From an uncultured Rhodobacterales bacterium (GTDB taxonomy: Bacteria > Pseudomonadota > Alphaproteobacteria > Rhodospirillales > CAJXLG01): DNA of 44,380 nt. Below the pieces are notes generated by a model, which was given only the letters and a program-made list of their open reading frames with translations, made no database searches and was not told the origin of the DNA. How positions within the stretch are numbered: the stretch's first letter is position 1; every line of letters starts with the position of its first letter. Of the stretch, positions 7,874-18,100 are shown piece after piece. Position numbers and translations under genes: made by a program. The stretch is from assembly GCA_964535075.1 (NCBI GenBank), contig CAZHRQ010000004.1:1-44380 (forward strand), written 5' to 3'.

Positions 7874-9370
7874 TCAGGAGGAGACGGGCCCGTCCTCGTG
7901 GCCGATGGTCTCCAGGTTCACCCCGGCGGTTTCGATGCGGAACAGCAGGGTCACCACCGCGCCCAGCAGGGAGGTGCCCACCAGGATATACAACAGCGCC
8001 TGGGTGCCGATGGCCGCCAGCAGGATGGGGAACAGGAAGGCCGTGGTCACCGCGCCGGTCTTGGCGAAAGAGGCGGCGAACCCGGCGCCCTTGCCCCGGA
8101 TGTGGGTGGGGAACACCTCGCCCGCGATCAGGTAGGTTTGGGCGTTGGGCCCCATGTTGGTCATGAAGTTGAACAGCATGAAGCCGGCAAAGATCAGCAG
8201 GGTCTGGGTGGCCCCGGTGACATAGGTGGAGGCCGCCGCAATGGCCAGGCCGACGGCACAGCCCACGAAGCCGATGGTCTGCAGCCGGATGCGGCCCACC
8301 CGGTCGGCCAGGAACACCGCGAACAGGATCCCGATCACCAGCAGCACGTCGATCATGGCCGCGCCCTTGGCCGCGATCATGTCGTTGTGGATCAGGGCCG
8401 CCACGTTGTGGGGGTGTTCCGCCTTGTGCCCCACGGAGGCCGCCAGGATCACCGGGGTGAAGATGCCGATGCCATAGGTGCCCAGGTCCTGCAGGAACCA
8501 CGGCACGGAGGCCAGGATGGTGGCCCGGCGGTTGCGGCCCTTGAACAGCGCGCCATAGGATTTGGCGGCGTCGTCCCGATGGCTGTCGGGCTTGCGCAGG
8601 GTCACTTCCTTGGGATAGGGCGGCTCACGATGCAGCAGGCGCTTGGCTTCCCGTTCGGCCTCGGTGGCGCGGTCGCGGGCCATGAGCCAGTGGGCGCTTT
8701 CCGTGATGTTGAGCCGGGCCACCAGCACGATCACCGCCGGGATGATGGCGGTGCCGTACATCCAGCGCCACGCCCCCAGGCCATCGGCATTGGCCAGGAT
8801 CAGATAGCCCACGCCCATGGCGGTCATCATCCCCACCGCCTGGAAGCCGAAGGCACTCAGCACCAGCTTGCCGCGATCCCGGCTGGGGGTGCTTTCGGAA
8901 ATCACCACGTGGGCGGTTGGATAGTCACAGCCCAAAGCGATCCCCATGCCCAACAGACAGGTGACCAACCACCCGAAATTGGGGCTGAAAATGATCCCCA
9001 CCAGGAACAGGGTGAAGATGGCCATCTCCACCACGAACATGCGCTTGCGGCCGTATTTGTCGGCCAGACCGCCCAGCAGGGTGGCGCCGATAAGAATGCC
9101 GAGCAGGCCCGCCGCCGTCACCAGACCGTGCTGGTAGGCCACCAGATTGAATTCCCGGGCGATCAGCGGCAGCGCCACGCCGCCCATGCCCACCACCAAG
9201 CCCTCGAAAAACTTGCCAGCCGACGCCAGAACCCAGATACGGCTTTGCATGGGCGTCATGGGCACGGACGGCGTGGGCGTGCCGTCCAACCAACGCGGTG
9301 TTTCGTCGATATAATCCTGAACGGTACGGGCGGTTTTGCCCATTTCGTCCGGGGCGGTGGCGTCGCTCAT
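7874..9370 (-). CDS. MFS transporter resembling the phosphate:H+ symporter/sugar porter clan
   Basis: GGLADKYGRK, GIALGCDYP, WFLQDLGTYG, GPNAQTYLIAGEVFPTHIRG; RBS AGGAGG before ATG 9370. Confidence 0.85.
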   Translation of the reverse strand: MSDATAPDEMGKTARTVQDYIDETPRWLDGTPTPSVPMTPMQSRIWVLASAGKFFEGLVVGMGGVALPLIAREFNLVAYQHGLVTAAGLLGILIGATLLGGLADKYGRKRMFVVEMAIFTLFLVGIIFSPNFGWLVTCLLGMGIALGCDYPTAHVVISESTPSRDRGKLVLSAFGFQAVGMMTAMGVGYLILANADGLGAWRWMYGTAIIPAVIVLVARLNITESAHWLMARDRATEAEREAKRLLHREPPYPKEVTLRKPDSHRDDAAKSYGALFKGRNRRATILASVPWFLQDLGTYGIGIFTPVILAASVGHKAEHPHNVAALIHNDMIAAKGAAMIDVLLVIGILFAVFLADRVGRIRLQTIGFVGCAVGLAIAAASTYVTGATQTLLIFAGFMLFNFMTNMGPNAQTYLIAGEVFPTHIRGKGAGFAASFAKTGAVTTAFLFPILLAAIGTQALLYILVGTSLLGAVVTLLFRIETAGVNLETIGHEDGPVSS

Positions 9371-9535
9371 GCGATCCTCCTGGCGTTGACCCAACGATCG
9401 GAACGGAAAGGGGAGAGCGCGCCGACCCACCCCCGCGCCTCTGCCTAACCGGTTCGGGGCGCGGCGACAATCACCGGTGTGTGACGCCATGAAAACGCCA
9501 CGGTCGCGTCATAATAACGTAAGGATATGGGTTCT

Positions 9536-12529
9536 TCAGGGGGCGGTCAGCGGCGGTGCTTCGCCCTCTGGTGGGGTGCCGATGGTGCGGGTGAACAGGG
9601 CCCTGACCGCTTCGGCGTCTTCGTGCATGCGGTGCTTGAGGGTTCCGGTGTCCGGGCAGTCGCAGGCCGCCGCCAGTCGCCGCAGCAGGCCGGGGGGGGC
9701 GGAGGAGTCGTCGAAGCTGCCTTCCACCGTCAGCCGCAACACCGCTTGCACGGCGGCGAACAGGCGGTGCGCTTGCAGGAGGATGTCCGCATCGCCCGCC
9801 GCCAGCAGCCCGGCCTGCCGCAGCCGGGTCAGGGCTTCCGCCGGGTTGGGGTGCAGCACCTCCGGATGGCTGTGGGCATGATGCAGTTGCAGGGTTTGGG
9901 CGATGAACTCGATGTCCACCAACCCGCCCTGGATCATTTTCACGTCCCATTCGGACTCCGGGGGTTTTTCCCGGGACAGACGGGCCCGCATTTCGGCCAC
10001 GTCGGCCCGCAGGGCGTCGGGATCGCGGGGGCGGGTGAGGGTTTCGCGGATGGCGGCCTCCACCCGGTCGTTGAGGGGCGGCGGGCCGCACACCACCCGC
10101 GCCCGGGTCAGGGCCATGTGCTCCCAGGTCCAGGCATCGGTTTCGTGATAACGCACGAAGGCTTCCATGCTGGAGGCAATGGGGCCGGCGGCGCCAGAGG
10201 GGCGCAGGCGCATATCCACTTCGTACAGGCGTCCCTCCGGGGTGCGGGCGGTGAGGGCGTTCACCAGCCGCTGCCCCAGTCGGGCAAAATAGGTACGGGG
10301 GTTCAGGGGGCGTTCGCCGTCGGAGGTCTCCAGGGCCTCGGGCACGTCGTAAATGAAGATCAGATCCAGGTCGGAGGTGGCGGTCATTTCCCGGCTGCCC
10401 AGCTTGCCCAGGGCGACGATGGTCATGCCCACGGTTCCCGGGGCGCCGAAGCGGCCGTGGCGGCGGGCGAACTCTTCCTCCACCCGGGGGTAGAGCCGGG
10501 CCAGGACCGCCTCGGCGATGTCCGACAGGGCGGCCTGGGCCTGTCGGCCGAGAATGGTGCGCCGCAGGGCCTGAACCCCCACCTGGAAACGGCGTTCGTT
10601 GGTCCAGCGCCGGGTGAGGTCCAGCACGTCCTCGAACATTTCCGCCGTCAGCAGATAGGAATCCAGCTCGTTCATCAGGGCCTCGGCTTCGGGCAGGGGC
10701 TCGAAGAAGCCGCCGGCCAGCACCGCCTCCACCACCGCCGGTCGCCGGGCCAGATGGTCGGCCAGACGGGGGGCATCCCCCAGCACCTCCGCCACCAGAT
10801 CCAGCAGGGCCGGATTGGCCTGGAACAGCGCGAACAACTGCACGCCCGTGGGCAAGGCGTGCAGGAACTGGTCGAAGCGGCGCAGGGCCTGATCGGGGTT
10901 GGTGCGGTGGGCCAGGGTGCGCAGCAGGGTGGGCATGAGCTCGGTGAGCAATTCCCGCGCCCGGGGCGAGCGGGTGCAGCGATAGCGGCCGTGGTGCCAC
11001 TGCCGCACCACGTCGGCCACCGCCGCCGGCTCCTGGAAGCCCATGGCGGTGAGGGTGGCCAGGGTGTCGGGGTCGTGCTCCTGGCCGGTGAACACCAGAT
11101 TGCCCCCTTCTTCGTCGGCCAGGGGGGTATCGTGGGCGAACAAGGGGCCGTAGTGATGTTCCACCGTTTCCAGGTGGTGGCGCAGGTCCTGCTCGAAGGC
11201 CGCCGCGTCCGCATAGCCCAGGAAGGTGGCCAGGGCGGTGAAGCGCTCCCCATCCTCGGGCAGAGTCTGGGTCTGCTGGTCGTCGGTCATCTGCAACCGG
11301 TGCTCCACCCAGCGCAGGTAGCGATAGGCCCGGAGGAGATCGGCAGCCACCCGGGGCGGGATCTGCCCGGCGCCCACCAGGGCCTGGAGAGCGCCTTCGG
11401 TGGTGCGGTCCCGCAGGCGCGGGTTGCGCCCCCCCCAGATCAGTTGCTGGGTTTGGGCATAGAACTCCACCTCGCGGATGCCGCCCCGGCCCAGCTTGAT
11501 GTTGTGGCCGCGGGTGGCGATGGTGCCCCCGCCGCGATGGGTGTTGATCTGGCGCTTGATGGCGTGAATATCGCGCACGGCGTTGAAGTCCAGGTACTTG
11601 CGCCAGACAAAGGGCCGCAGCATGGCCAGCACCTCGTTGCCCAGCACCCGGTCGCCGGCCACGGGCCGGGCCTTGATCATGGCGGCCCGTTCCCAGTTCT
11701 GGCCCTGGCTTTCGTAATAGACCTCCGCCGCCAGCAGGGTGATGGCCGGCGGGGTGGAGCCGGGATCAGGGCGCAGGCGCAGGTCCACCCGGAACACATA
11801 GCCATCGCCGGTGCGGTCGCCGATGATCTTGACCAGATTCTGGGTGATGCGGTTGCAACACTGTTGCAGGGTGCGCCGGCCGGTGTAGGTCATGGCCTCG
11901 GGATCGAACAGCACGATCAGGTCGATGTCGGAGGAATAGTTCAATTCCCCGGCCCCGAGCTTCCCCATGCCCAGCACCGTCAGGCCGCAGCTCCGCAAGG
12001 GGTGTTCCGGGTGGGGCAACACCAGTTCCTGGCGGCGGTGCAGCTCGGTAAGCTGTTGGGCCAGGGCCAGATCCAGGGTGGCTTCGGCGGTGCGGCTGAG
12101 GGCATGGGTCACGTGGTGCAACCGCCAGCGCCCGGTGATGTCCGCCAGGGCAATGGTCAGGGCCAGGCGGCGCTTGCCCACCCGCAGCCGGCGCATGAGC
12201 GCGGTCATGTCCGTTTCCGCGCCGGCTTCCCGATACAACACGGCCAACTCGTTTTCAAAACAGGCATCGGCGCCCTGGGTCAGGAAGGCGTGCACCACGT
12301 CGGGGGCCCGCAACAGGCCCTGGCTGAGATAGGGGCTGTTGCCGAAAATCCCGGCCAGCAGGGCGTTGCCCCCGGCATCCGCGGCCAGGGTGGTCATGAA
12401 GGCGGCCAGGGGGGGGTCCGTTTCCTCGGCGGCCCGGGCCCGCCACTGGGCCAGACCGTCGTCGGCCCGCGTGGGGTCGGCCGGTCGGGGCAGCGCGGAG
12501 GGGTCGAGCGCAGGCGCGGACTCTGCCAT
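9536..12529 (-). CDS. glnE: Bifunctional glutamine synthetase adenylyltransferase/adenylyl-removing enzyme
   Basis: Two NTase domains: GMGKLGAGELNYSSDIDL and LGKLGSREMTATSDLDL; VDLRLRP, VDMRLRPSG, GGIREVEF. Confidence 0.95.
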   Translation of the reverse strand: MAESAPALDPSALPRPADPTRADDGLAQWRARAAEETDPPLAAFMTTLAADAGGNALLAGIFGNSPYLSQGLLRAPDVVHAFLTQGADACFENELAVLYREAGAETDMTALMRRLRVGKRRLALTIALADITGRWRLHHVTHALSRTAEATLDLALAQQLTELHRRQELVLPHPEHPLRSCGLTVLGMGKLGAGELNYSSDIDLIVLFDPEAMTYTGRRTLQQCCNRITQNLVKIIGDRTGDGYVFRVDLRLRPDPGSTPPAITLLAAEVYYESQGQNWERAAMIKARPVAGDRVLGNEVLAMLRPFVWRKYLDFNAVRDIHAIKRQINTHRGGGTIATRGHNIKLGRGGIREVEFYAQTQQLIWGGRNPRLRDRTTEGALQALVGAGQIPPRVAADLLRAYRYLRWVEHRLQMTDDQQTQTLPEDGERFTALATFLGYADAAAFEQDLRHHLETVEHHYGPLFAHDTPLADEEGGNLVFTGQEHDPDTLATLTAMGFQEPAAVADVVRQWHHGRYRCTRSPRARELLTELMPTLLRTLAHRTNPDQALRRFDQFLHALPTGVQLFALFQANPALLDLVAEVLGDAPRLADHLARRPAVVEAVLAGGFFEPLPEAEALMNELDSYLLTAEMFEDVLDLTRRWTNERRFQVGVQALRRTILGRQAQAALSDIAEAVLARLYPRVEEEFARRHGRFGAPGTVGMTIVALGKLGSREMTATSDLDLIFIYDVPEALETSDGERPLNPRTYFARLGQRLVNALTARTPEGRLYEVDMRLRPSGAAGPIASSMEAFVRYHETDAWTWEHMALTRARVVCGPPPLNDRVEAAIRETLTRPRDPDALRADVAEMRARLSREKPPESEWDVKMIQGGLVDIEFIAQTLQLHHAHSHPEVLHPNPAEALTRLRQAGLLAAGDADILLQAHRLFAAVQAVLRLTVEGSFDDSSAPPGLLRRLAAACDCPDTGTLKHRMHEDAEAVRALFTRTIGTPPEGEAPPLTAP

Positions 12530-12696
12530 GGTGGTCTCCCTGGAAGTTTGCCGTCGGGGGATGCTGTTCGTATGATGCGCGGAGCGGGAGGGTCGGTCCT
12601 CCCACCCGGAAAACAGCCTGACCTGGATCGCATCGTTTTCCAACCGGGCAATTGGGGCGGGCTGTCACCGCCCGTTGCCGTCAGCGAGGCGTCTCC

Positions 12697-15600
12697 GTGG
12701 TTCCAATACCCGTTCTGCGGTTCCTGATCCTGTTGGAATATCTGGCGCTGTTCGTCCTGATCATCCTGGGCGTGCTGGCCTGGGAGGTGAGTCGCGGACC
12801 GGTCCCGTTGACCTTCCTCACGCCGTACGTGGCCGATTTCCTGGAACAGCACGTGCCGGACCTGGACATGGACATGGACTCGGCCGAACTGTACTGGGGC
12901 GGCTGGGGCCAGGAAATGGGCATCCGGGCCCAGGGCGTGGTGTTGCGGGAGATGGACAACGGGCTGGTGGCGGAGGTGCCCGACCTTTATTTCCAGATCA
13001 ATCCCCACAGTCTCATGGAAGGCCGGATTCAGGTACAGTCCCTGACCCTGGAGCGCCCGGTGTTGCGGGTGCGGCGTGATGCCGATGGCGGCTTTCCCGC
13101 CTGGCAGGCGGCCAGCACCGCCGCCGGTGAGTTGCGCAACGTCCCGCCGACACCCGAGCCCGAGCCCGCAAGCGCAAAACCACCGGCCCCCGATCCCCTT
13201 GGGGCGATGGGGCCGCCCCGGCCGCGTCGGCGTCCCTTGCCGCCGGACGTGAGCGCCCTGGTGCCCAACCCCGCCACCGCCGCCGTGGTGCGGGACGTGG
13301 TCAGCGGTCTGCGCGGCTCGCGGGCGGCGCTGGCCCAGGGCAAGGCCCTGGCGCGGGTGTTGATCAACAACGGCCGGGTGGTGGTGGACGACCAGCGGCT
13401 GGAAACCACCTGGCAACTGAGCGAGGTGTTCCTTTCCGTGGACCGGGGGAGGGACGCGGTGGCCATGGACCTGAGTTTCGGTCTGGAAACCGGGGGCGCG
13501 CCCAGCAGCATTGCCCTGCATGCCCGTCTGCCCCGGGAGGGCACCACGGCCACCGCCGCCCTTCAACTGGCCGACATCTGGCCGGTGGCGTTGGGGCGGT
13601 TTCTGGAGACGGTGCCTTTTCTGGATCAGGGGCGCTTACCGCTGAACGGCACGGTGCACGCCACCTTTGACCTGGGGCCGCTGCCGACGGTGAACCGCAT
13701 GGGGTTCGATATCCGGGGCGGGGCGGGGACGGTGCGGCTGCCACCGCCCCTGTCCCAGAGCTATGACGTGGCGGGGCTGTACCTCAGCGGCCACTACAGC
13801 GCCACGGACCGGCGGGCGGTACTGGAAGATTTGTTCCTGGACCTGGGCGGACCGGCCCTGACCGCCAACGGCACCCTGGCCTTGCGGCCCAAAACGGTGG
13901 GGGTACACGGGGTGGCCACGGTCACCGGCATGACGGTGGCGCACCTGGGCGACTACTGGCCGCAGGGGGTGCTGCCCAATCCCCGGCGCTGGGTGGGGCG
14001 CAATCTTACCGCCGGCACCGTGTCCGAGGCGCGTTTCACCTTGGCCGCCGACTTCAGCCGGGCCACCGAGCACTTGGCCATCGGGGACTTCGACGGGCGG
14101 GTGCGGGTACGGGATGCCACGGTGCATTTCCTGCGGCCCCTGCCGCCCGTGCAGGGGGTGGACGCCACGGTGCGCCTGGGGCCGCGGCGCCTGGACGTGA
14201 CCGCCAGCGGCGGGCGGTTGCGGGGACTCACCGTGCCCCGGGCCACGGTGGCCCTCACCCACCTGCACCGGCCGCGCGAGGAGCGCCTCCAGGCTGACGT
14301 GACGGTCACCGGGCCGGTGCGCGATGCGTTGCACGTGATCAACCAGCCACCGCTGCGCCTGTTACAGGGCGTGAGTCTGCCGCTGGCGCGGGTGCAGGGA
14401 TCGGCGGAAACCCGCCTGAAGGTGACCGTGCCCCTGGCGGCGCCGGTGCGTTTCGCGCAGGTGGACCTGGATGTGGCCTCGACCCTGCGCGGGGTGGTGT
14501 TGCCGGGCATGGCCCTGGGGCAGGACGTGCGCAACGGCCACTTTCGTCTGACCGCCAACCGTCAGCGGGTAGCGCTCACCGGTCGGGCCACGGTGGTGGG
14601 CGCGCCGGCCCGGGTGCGGTGGGGGCTGCGGCTGGACCAGGGCCGACCCCGGGGACGCACCCATGCCACCCTGACCCTCACCCCGGCCCAGCGCCGCCGC
14701 CTGCTGCCGGAAGTGGCCGCGCTCACCGCGCCGTTCGTGCCCGGGCCGGTGGGGGTGACCCTGGACCTCAGTCCCCGAGGGGCGGGGCAGCAGGTCCGGG
14801 TGGCGCTGGATCTGACCCCCACGCCCCTGACCCTGCCGCCCGTGGGCTGGTCCAAGCGGGCGGGGCGACCGGGGCGGGCCACCCTGGTGCTGCCGCTGGA
14901 TGCCCAGGGGCGTCTGGGGGGCCGGTCCACCTTCACCGTGGAGGCGCCGCGCCTGGAGGGACAGGGGCACTGGGATATGGCCGGGGGCGGCCGGTTGGAA
15001 ACGGTGACGGTGAAACGGTTGCGGGTGGGGCGCACCAACGTGGGGGGAACGGTCCGGCCCCGGGCCGGGGGCGGCTGGGAGGTGGCCCTGCGCGGGCATG
15101 CCCTGGATCTGGAACCGTTGCTCAACCGGCCCGACCGGGACGGTCGTCCGCTGCCCCTGGTCATCTCCGTGGCGCTGGACCGGCTGTTCGTGCGTCGGGG
15201 GGCGGCTCTCAACGCCGTGCGCGGGACCCTGCGGGTGTGGGACGGGCCGCGTCGGGCCGACCTGAAGGCCCGTCTGCCCTCCGGGGCCGGCATGACTCTG
15301 CGTCTGCGCACCCGGGCCGATGCCAGCCAGGATTGGCGGATCGCGGTGGGCAATGGCGGGGAATTGCTGCGTCATCTGGGGGTGTATGACGACCTGGTGG
15401 GGGGGCATCTCACCGTGACCGCGCACCAGACCGGCCAGCGGATGCGTGGCCGCCTGGAACTGCGGAACTTCCGGCTGATGAAGGCACCCATCGTGGCCCG
15501 GGTGCTGGAGGTGGCGTCCCTCAGCGGGCTGGTGGATGCCCTGGAGGGGGGCCGGGGCCTGAAGATGACCGCCCTGGAGGTTCCCTTCGTCAAGGACGGG

Positions 15601-15924
15601 TCCATGGTGCATCTAGGGGAAAGCCGGGCCTACAATTTCGCCTTGGGGGCCACGGCCCAGGGGTCCGTTGACCTGCGCAGTCATGCCTTGAACCTGTGGG
15701 GGACCCTGGTGCCGCTCTATGCCTTGAACAATCTGCCGGGGCGTTTGCCGCTGGTGGGCGATCTGCTGGCCGGCAGCCGGGACAGCGGTGTGCTGGCCAT
15801 GCGCTACACGGTGCGCGGCCGGCCGCCGGGGGTGCGGGTGGGGGTCAATCCCCTGTCCCTGTTGACACCGGGCGTGCTGCGCCGGTTTTTCGATCTCTTT
15901 CCCACGGCTGGCCGCCGACCGTAA
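12697..15924 (+). CDS. YhdP/AsmA-like DUF3971 lipid-bridge protein (start approximate)
   Basis: N-terminal TM followed by GPVPL; long beta-rich body; YWP....NPRRWV; AsmA_2-like C-terminus GTLVPLYALN..LPLVG, VNPLSLLTPGVLRRFF. Confidence 0.85.
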   Translation: MVPIPVLRFLILLEYLALFVLIILGVLAWEVSRGPVPLTFLTPYVADFLEQHVPDLDMDMDSAELYWGGWGQEMGIRAQGVVLREMDNGLVAEVPDLYFQINPHSLMEGRIQVQSLTLERPVLRVRRDADGGFPAWQAASTAAGELRNVPPTPEPEPASAKPPAPDPLGAMGPPRPRRRPLPPDVSALVPNPATAAVVRDVVSGLRGSRAALAQGKALARVLINNGRVVVDDQRLETTWQLSEVFLSVDRGRDAVAMDLSFGLETGGAPSSIALHARLPREGTTATAALQLADIWPVALGRFLETVPFLDQGRLPLNGTVHATFDLGPLPTVNRMGFDIRGGAGTVRLPPPLSQSYDVAGLYLSGHYSATDRRAVLEDLFLDLGGPALTANGTLALRPKTVGVHGVATVTGMTVAHLGDYWPQGVLPNPRRWVGRNLTAGTVSEARFTLAADFSRATEHLAIGDFDGRVRVRDATVHFLRPLPPVQGVDATVRLGPRRLDVTASGGRLRGLTVPRATVALTHLHRPREERLQADVTVTGPVRDALHVINQPPLRLLQGVSLPLARVQGSAETRLKVTVPLAAPVRFAQVDLDVASTLRGVVLPGMALGQDVRNGHFRLTANRQRVALTGRATVVGAPARVRWGLRLDQGRPRGRTHATLTLTPAQRRRLLPEVAALTAPFVPGPVGVTLDLSPRGAGQQVRVALDLTPTPLTLPPVGWSKRAGRPGRATLVLPLDAQGRLGGRSTFTVEAPRLEGQGHWDMAGGGRLETVTVKRLRVGRTNVGGTVRPRAGGGWEVALRGHALDLEPLLNRPDRDGRPLPLVISVALDRLFVRRGAALNAVRGTLRVWDGPRRADLKARLPSGAGMTLRLRTRADASQDWRIAVGNGGELLRHLGVYDDLVGGHLTVTAHQTGQRMRGRLELRNFRLMKAPIVARVLEVASLSGLVDALEGGRGLKMTALEVPFVKDGSMVHLGESRAYNFALGATAQGSVDLRSHALNLWGTLVPLYALNNLPGRLPLVGDLLAGSRDSGVLAMRYTVRGRPPGVRVGVNPLSLLTPGVLRRFFDLFPTAGRRP

Positions 15925-15957
15925 GGATCCTATGGTTTTTTGGGTATTGGAGACCCC

Positions 15958-16165
15958 ATGCGCCGTGTCCTGTCTGCTCTCGTCCAACCGCCTCACCTCG
16001 GCTTCTATGCCCTGTCGGGGCGCATCACCGCCTTTGCCGGACCGGCCCTGTTCGGACTGGTGACGGGGCTTACCGGCAGTCAGCGCTGGGGCATGGCCAG
16101 GGTGCTGCCGTTCCTGGTGGCGGGGGCGGTATTACTGATCAGGCCCCTGCCGCCACGGCGTGATC
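15958..16165 (+). pseudogene. Remnant C-terminal two TM helices of a UMF1/BtlA-type MFS transporter
   Basis: GFYALSGRITAFAGPALFGLVTGLTGSQRWGM...FLVAGAVLL matches the end of that family; the rest of the gene is absent. Confidence 0.6.
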
Positions 16166-16724
16166 AAGACGAAGAGGTGAGCTGCGCGAAGGCGTCATCC
16201 AGGGTTTCGGCCACGGTGAGCCAGCGGCCCAGGGGATTGCCGTCGGTGAAGGCGGCGTCCCCCATGGAGGCGAGCATGGTGCGCAGGGGCTGCCAGTAGC
16301 CGCGGGTGTCCAGCAGTACGATGGGAAAGTGGGCCAGCCCAAGCTGCCGCAGGGTGACTGCCTCGAACAACTCGTCCAGGGTGCCGAGTCCTCCGGGCAG
16401 GGCCAGCACGGCATCGCATTCCTCGAACATGCGGCGCTTGCGCTCGGCCAGGGTTTCCACCCACTCGCAGCGGCCATAGACGGTGCGGTGGCGTTCCCGC
16501 CGCGCCAGCAACCGGGGCAGGATTCCCAACACCAGGGCGCCGTGCTGATCGGCGGCAGCCGCCAGCGCGCCCATCAGGCCCACGTCCCCCCCGCCATAGA
16601 TCAACATGTGTCCCCCCCGGCCGATGCGCTCTCCCACCGCCACCGCCTCCTCGCGATAGGCCGGGTCGTCACCAGGGCGGGCGGCGCAGAACACACAGAT
16701 GCGGCGGGGCGCGATGGGGGACAT
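16164..16724 (-). CDS. LOG family nucleotide monophosphate nucleosidase (TIGR00730)
   Basis: ICVFCA, LIYGGGDVGLMG, ERKRRM, PGGLGTLDELFE. Confidence 0.9.
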   Translation of the reverse strand: MSPIAPRRICVFCAARPGDDPAYREEAVAVGERIGRGGHMLIYGGGDVGLMGALAAAADQHGALVLGILPRLLARRERHRTVYGRCEWVETLAERKRRMFEECDAVLALPGGLGTLDELFEAVTLRQLGLAHFPIVLLDTRGYWQPLRTMLASMGDAAFTDGNPLGRWLTVAETLDDAFAQLTSSS

Positions 16725-16978
16725 GAGACGGGTTTCCTTCACGGACCAACGATCCCCCTGCTTGCCCCAGACCGGGGCCGGTGGCAAGAGCGGGACAGCA
16801 AAGCCTTGCGTCCAACGGGGGGGTTGGGTAAACCGTTTCTGGGGATAAAGAGACCGGGGGGGCCGGGCGGCGCGGTTGGTTCCAGCGTTTTCTGGAAAGA
16901 TTCGCACCCTCAGGGACATCCGGAGTCAAAAGGATCCGCCGCACCATCGGCGGGATCGCGCAGGAGGGAGATCAAGCC

Positions 16979-17443
16979 ATGAAGGTGCGCAGTGTGACCC
17001 TGGCGCTGCTGCTGGGGGCGGCGACCATGACCGGCAGCACCGCCCTGGCGGCGGAAGGCGACACGGAAATCGAGAATCGCAAGAATGTGATGGCGGTGGC
17101 TGGCGCCAGCTTCAAGACCATTGCCTGCGCCATGAAGGGGAAATGCAGCCAGGACGATAAGTTCCTGGGGCTGCAAGCCCGGGCCCTGGCTTACTCCGCC
17201 CATCTGGCCACTTACGCCTTCGGCAAGGGGCCGTTCGAGAACGCCACGGTGAAAACCACGGCCAAGCCGGACATCTGGGACGACTGGGACACCTTCCGCG
17301 AGGGCCTGGACGGCATGCGCAAGGGCGCCCTGGAAATGATGGCCGCGGCCGAGGTGGGGGATGACGCCGCCTTCAAAAAGGCCTTCACCAAAACCGGCAA
17401 AACATGCAAAAACTGCCACGATAATTTCCGCCAGAAGGATTGA
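16979..17443 (+). CDS. Class II cytochrome c (c'/c556), paralog 1
   Basis: Signal peptide, RxxxM, TTAKPDIWDDW, C-terminal CKNCH. Confidence 0.9.
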   Translation: MKVRSVTLALLLGAATMTGSTALAAEGDTEIENRKNVMAVAGASFKTIACAMKGKCSQDDKFLGLQARALAYSAHLATYAFGKGPFENATVKTTAKPDIWDDWDTFREGLDGMRKGALEMMAAAEVGDDAAFKKAFTKTGKTCKNCHDNFRQKD

Positions 17444-17590
17444 TCCATGGCGTGGGGTCGGGCAACAGTCCCCCCATCGTGGCACCGGGATGGGGGAACG
17501 CCGGGGGGCGGCGTTCCTTCTCTGACGCGAAGCAGCGCTTCGGCACTGTCCGCGCCCCCTTTACCGAGACCACAAACGGGAGACCGATCC

Positions 17591-18055
17591 ATGAAATTCG
17601 TGAAAACCGCCCTGGCCGCCGCCGTGGCCGTGACCGCCGCGACCGCCGCCACCCCCTCCGTGGCTGCCGACGCCAAGGCCGCTATCGAGAACCGCCAGGA
17701 CGTGATGAAGATCGTCGGCGCCAACTTCAAGACCATCGCCTGTGCTGTGAAGGGCGAGTGCAAGGACGACATGAAGTTCCTGGGCCTGCAAGCCCTGTCC
17801 CTGGCCAAGGCCAGCAGCCTGTCCCTGGACGCCTTCAAGGAAGGCCCCTTCAAGAATGCCGGCGTGAAGACCACCTCCAAGGCCGATATCTGGGAAAACA
17901 AGGACAAGTTCGATGGTGGCCTGAAGGCCATGCACAAAGGCGCCATGGACATGGCCGCCGCCGCCAAGGGGGGCGACATGAACGCCTTCAAGGCGGCCTT
18001 CAAGGAAACCGGCAAGACCTGCAAGGGCTGCCACGACAACTTCCGCGAAAAGTAA
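17591..18055 (+). CDS. Class II cytochrome c (c'/c556), paralog 2
   Basis: Signal peptide, RQDVMK, TTSKADIWEN, C-terminal CKGCH; strongly biased codon use. Confidence 0.92.
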   Translation: MKFVKTALAAAVAVTAATAATPSVAADAKAAIENRQDVMKIVGANFKTIACAVKGECKDDMKFLGLQALSLAKASSLSLDAFKEGPFKNAGVKTTSKADIWENKDKFDGGLKAMHKGAMDMAAAAKGGDMNAFKAAFKETGKTCKGCHDNFREK

Positions 18056-18100
18056 GCTGATCCGGGGGCCGGTATATCGGCCTTTCGGTGGGAAGATCAT

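Noticed and set aside
9371-9535. Riboswitch or PHO box in the MFS leader
   Set aside because: No recognisable aptamer; TCAT/TCAC half-sites are not at 11-bp spacing
9527-12727. 1066-aa plus-strand ORF
   Set aside because: Antisense shadow of glnE; typical of high-GC DNA, no motifs
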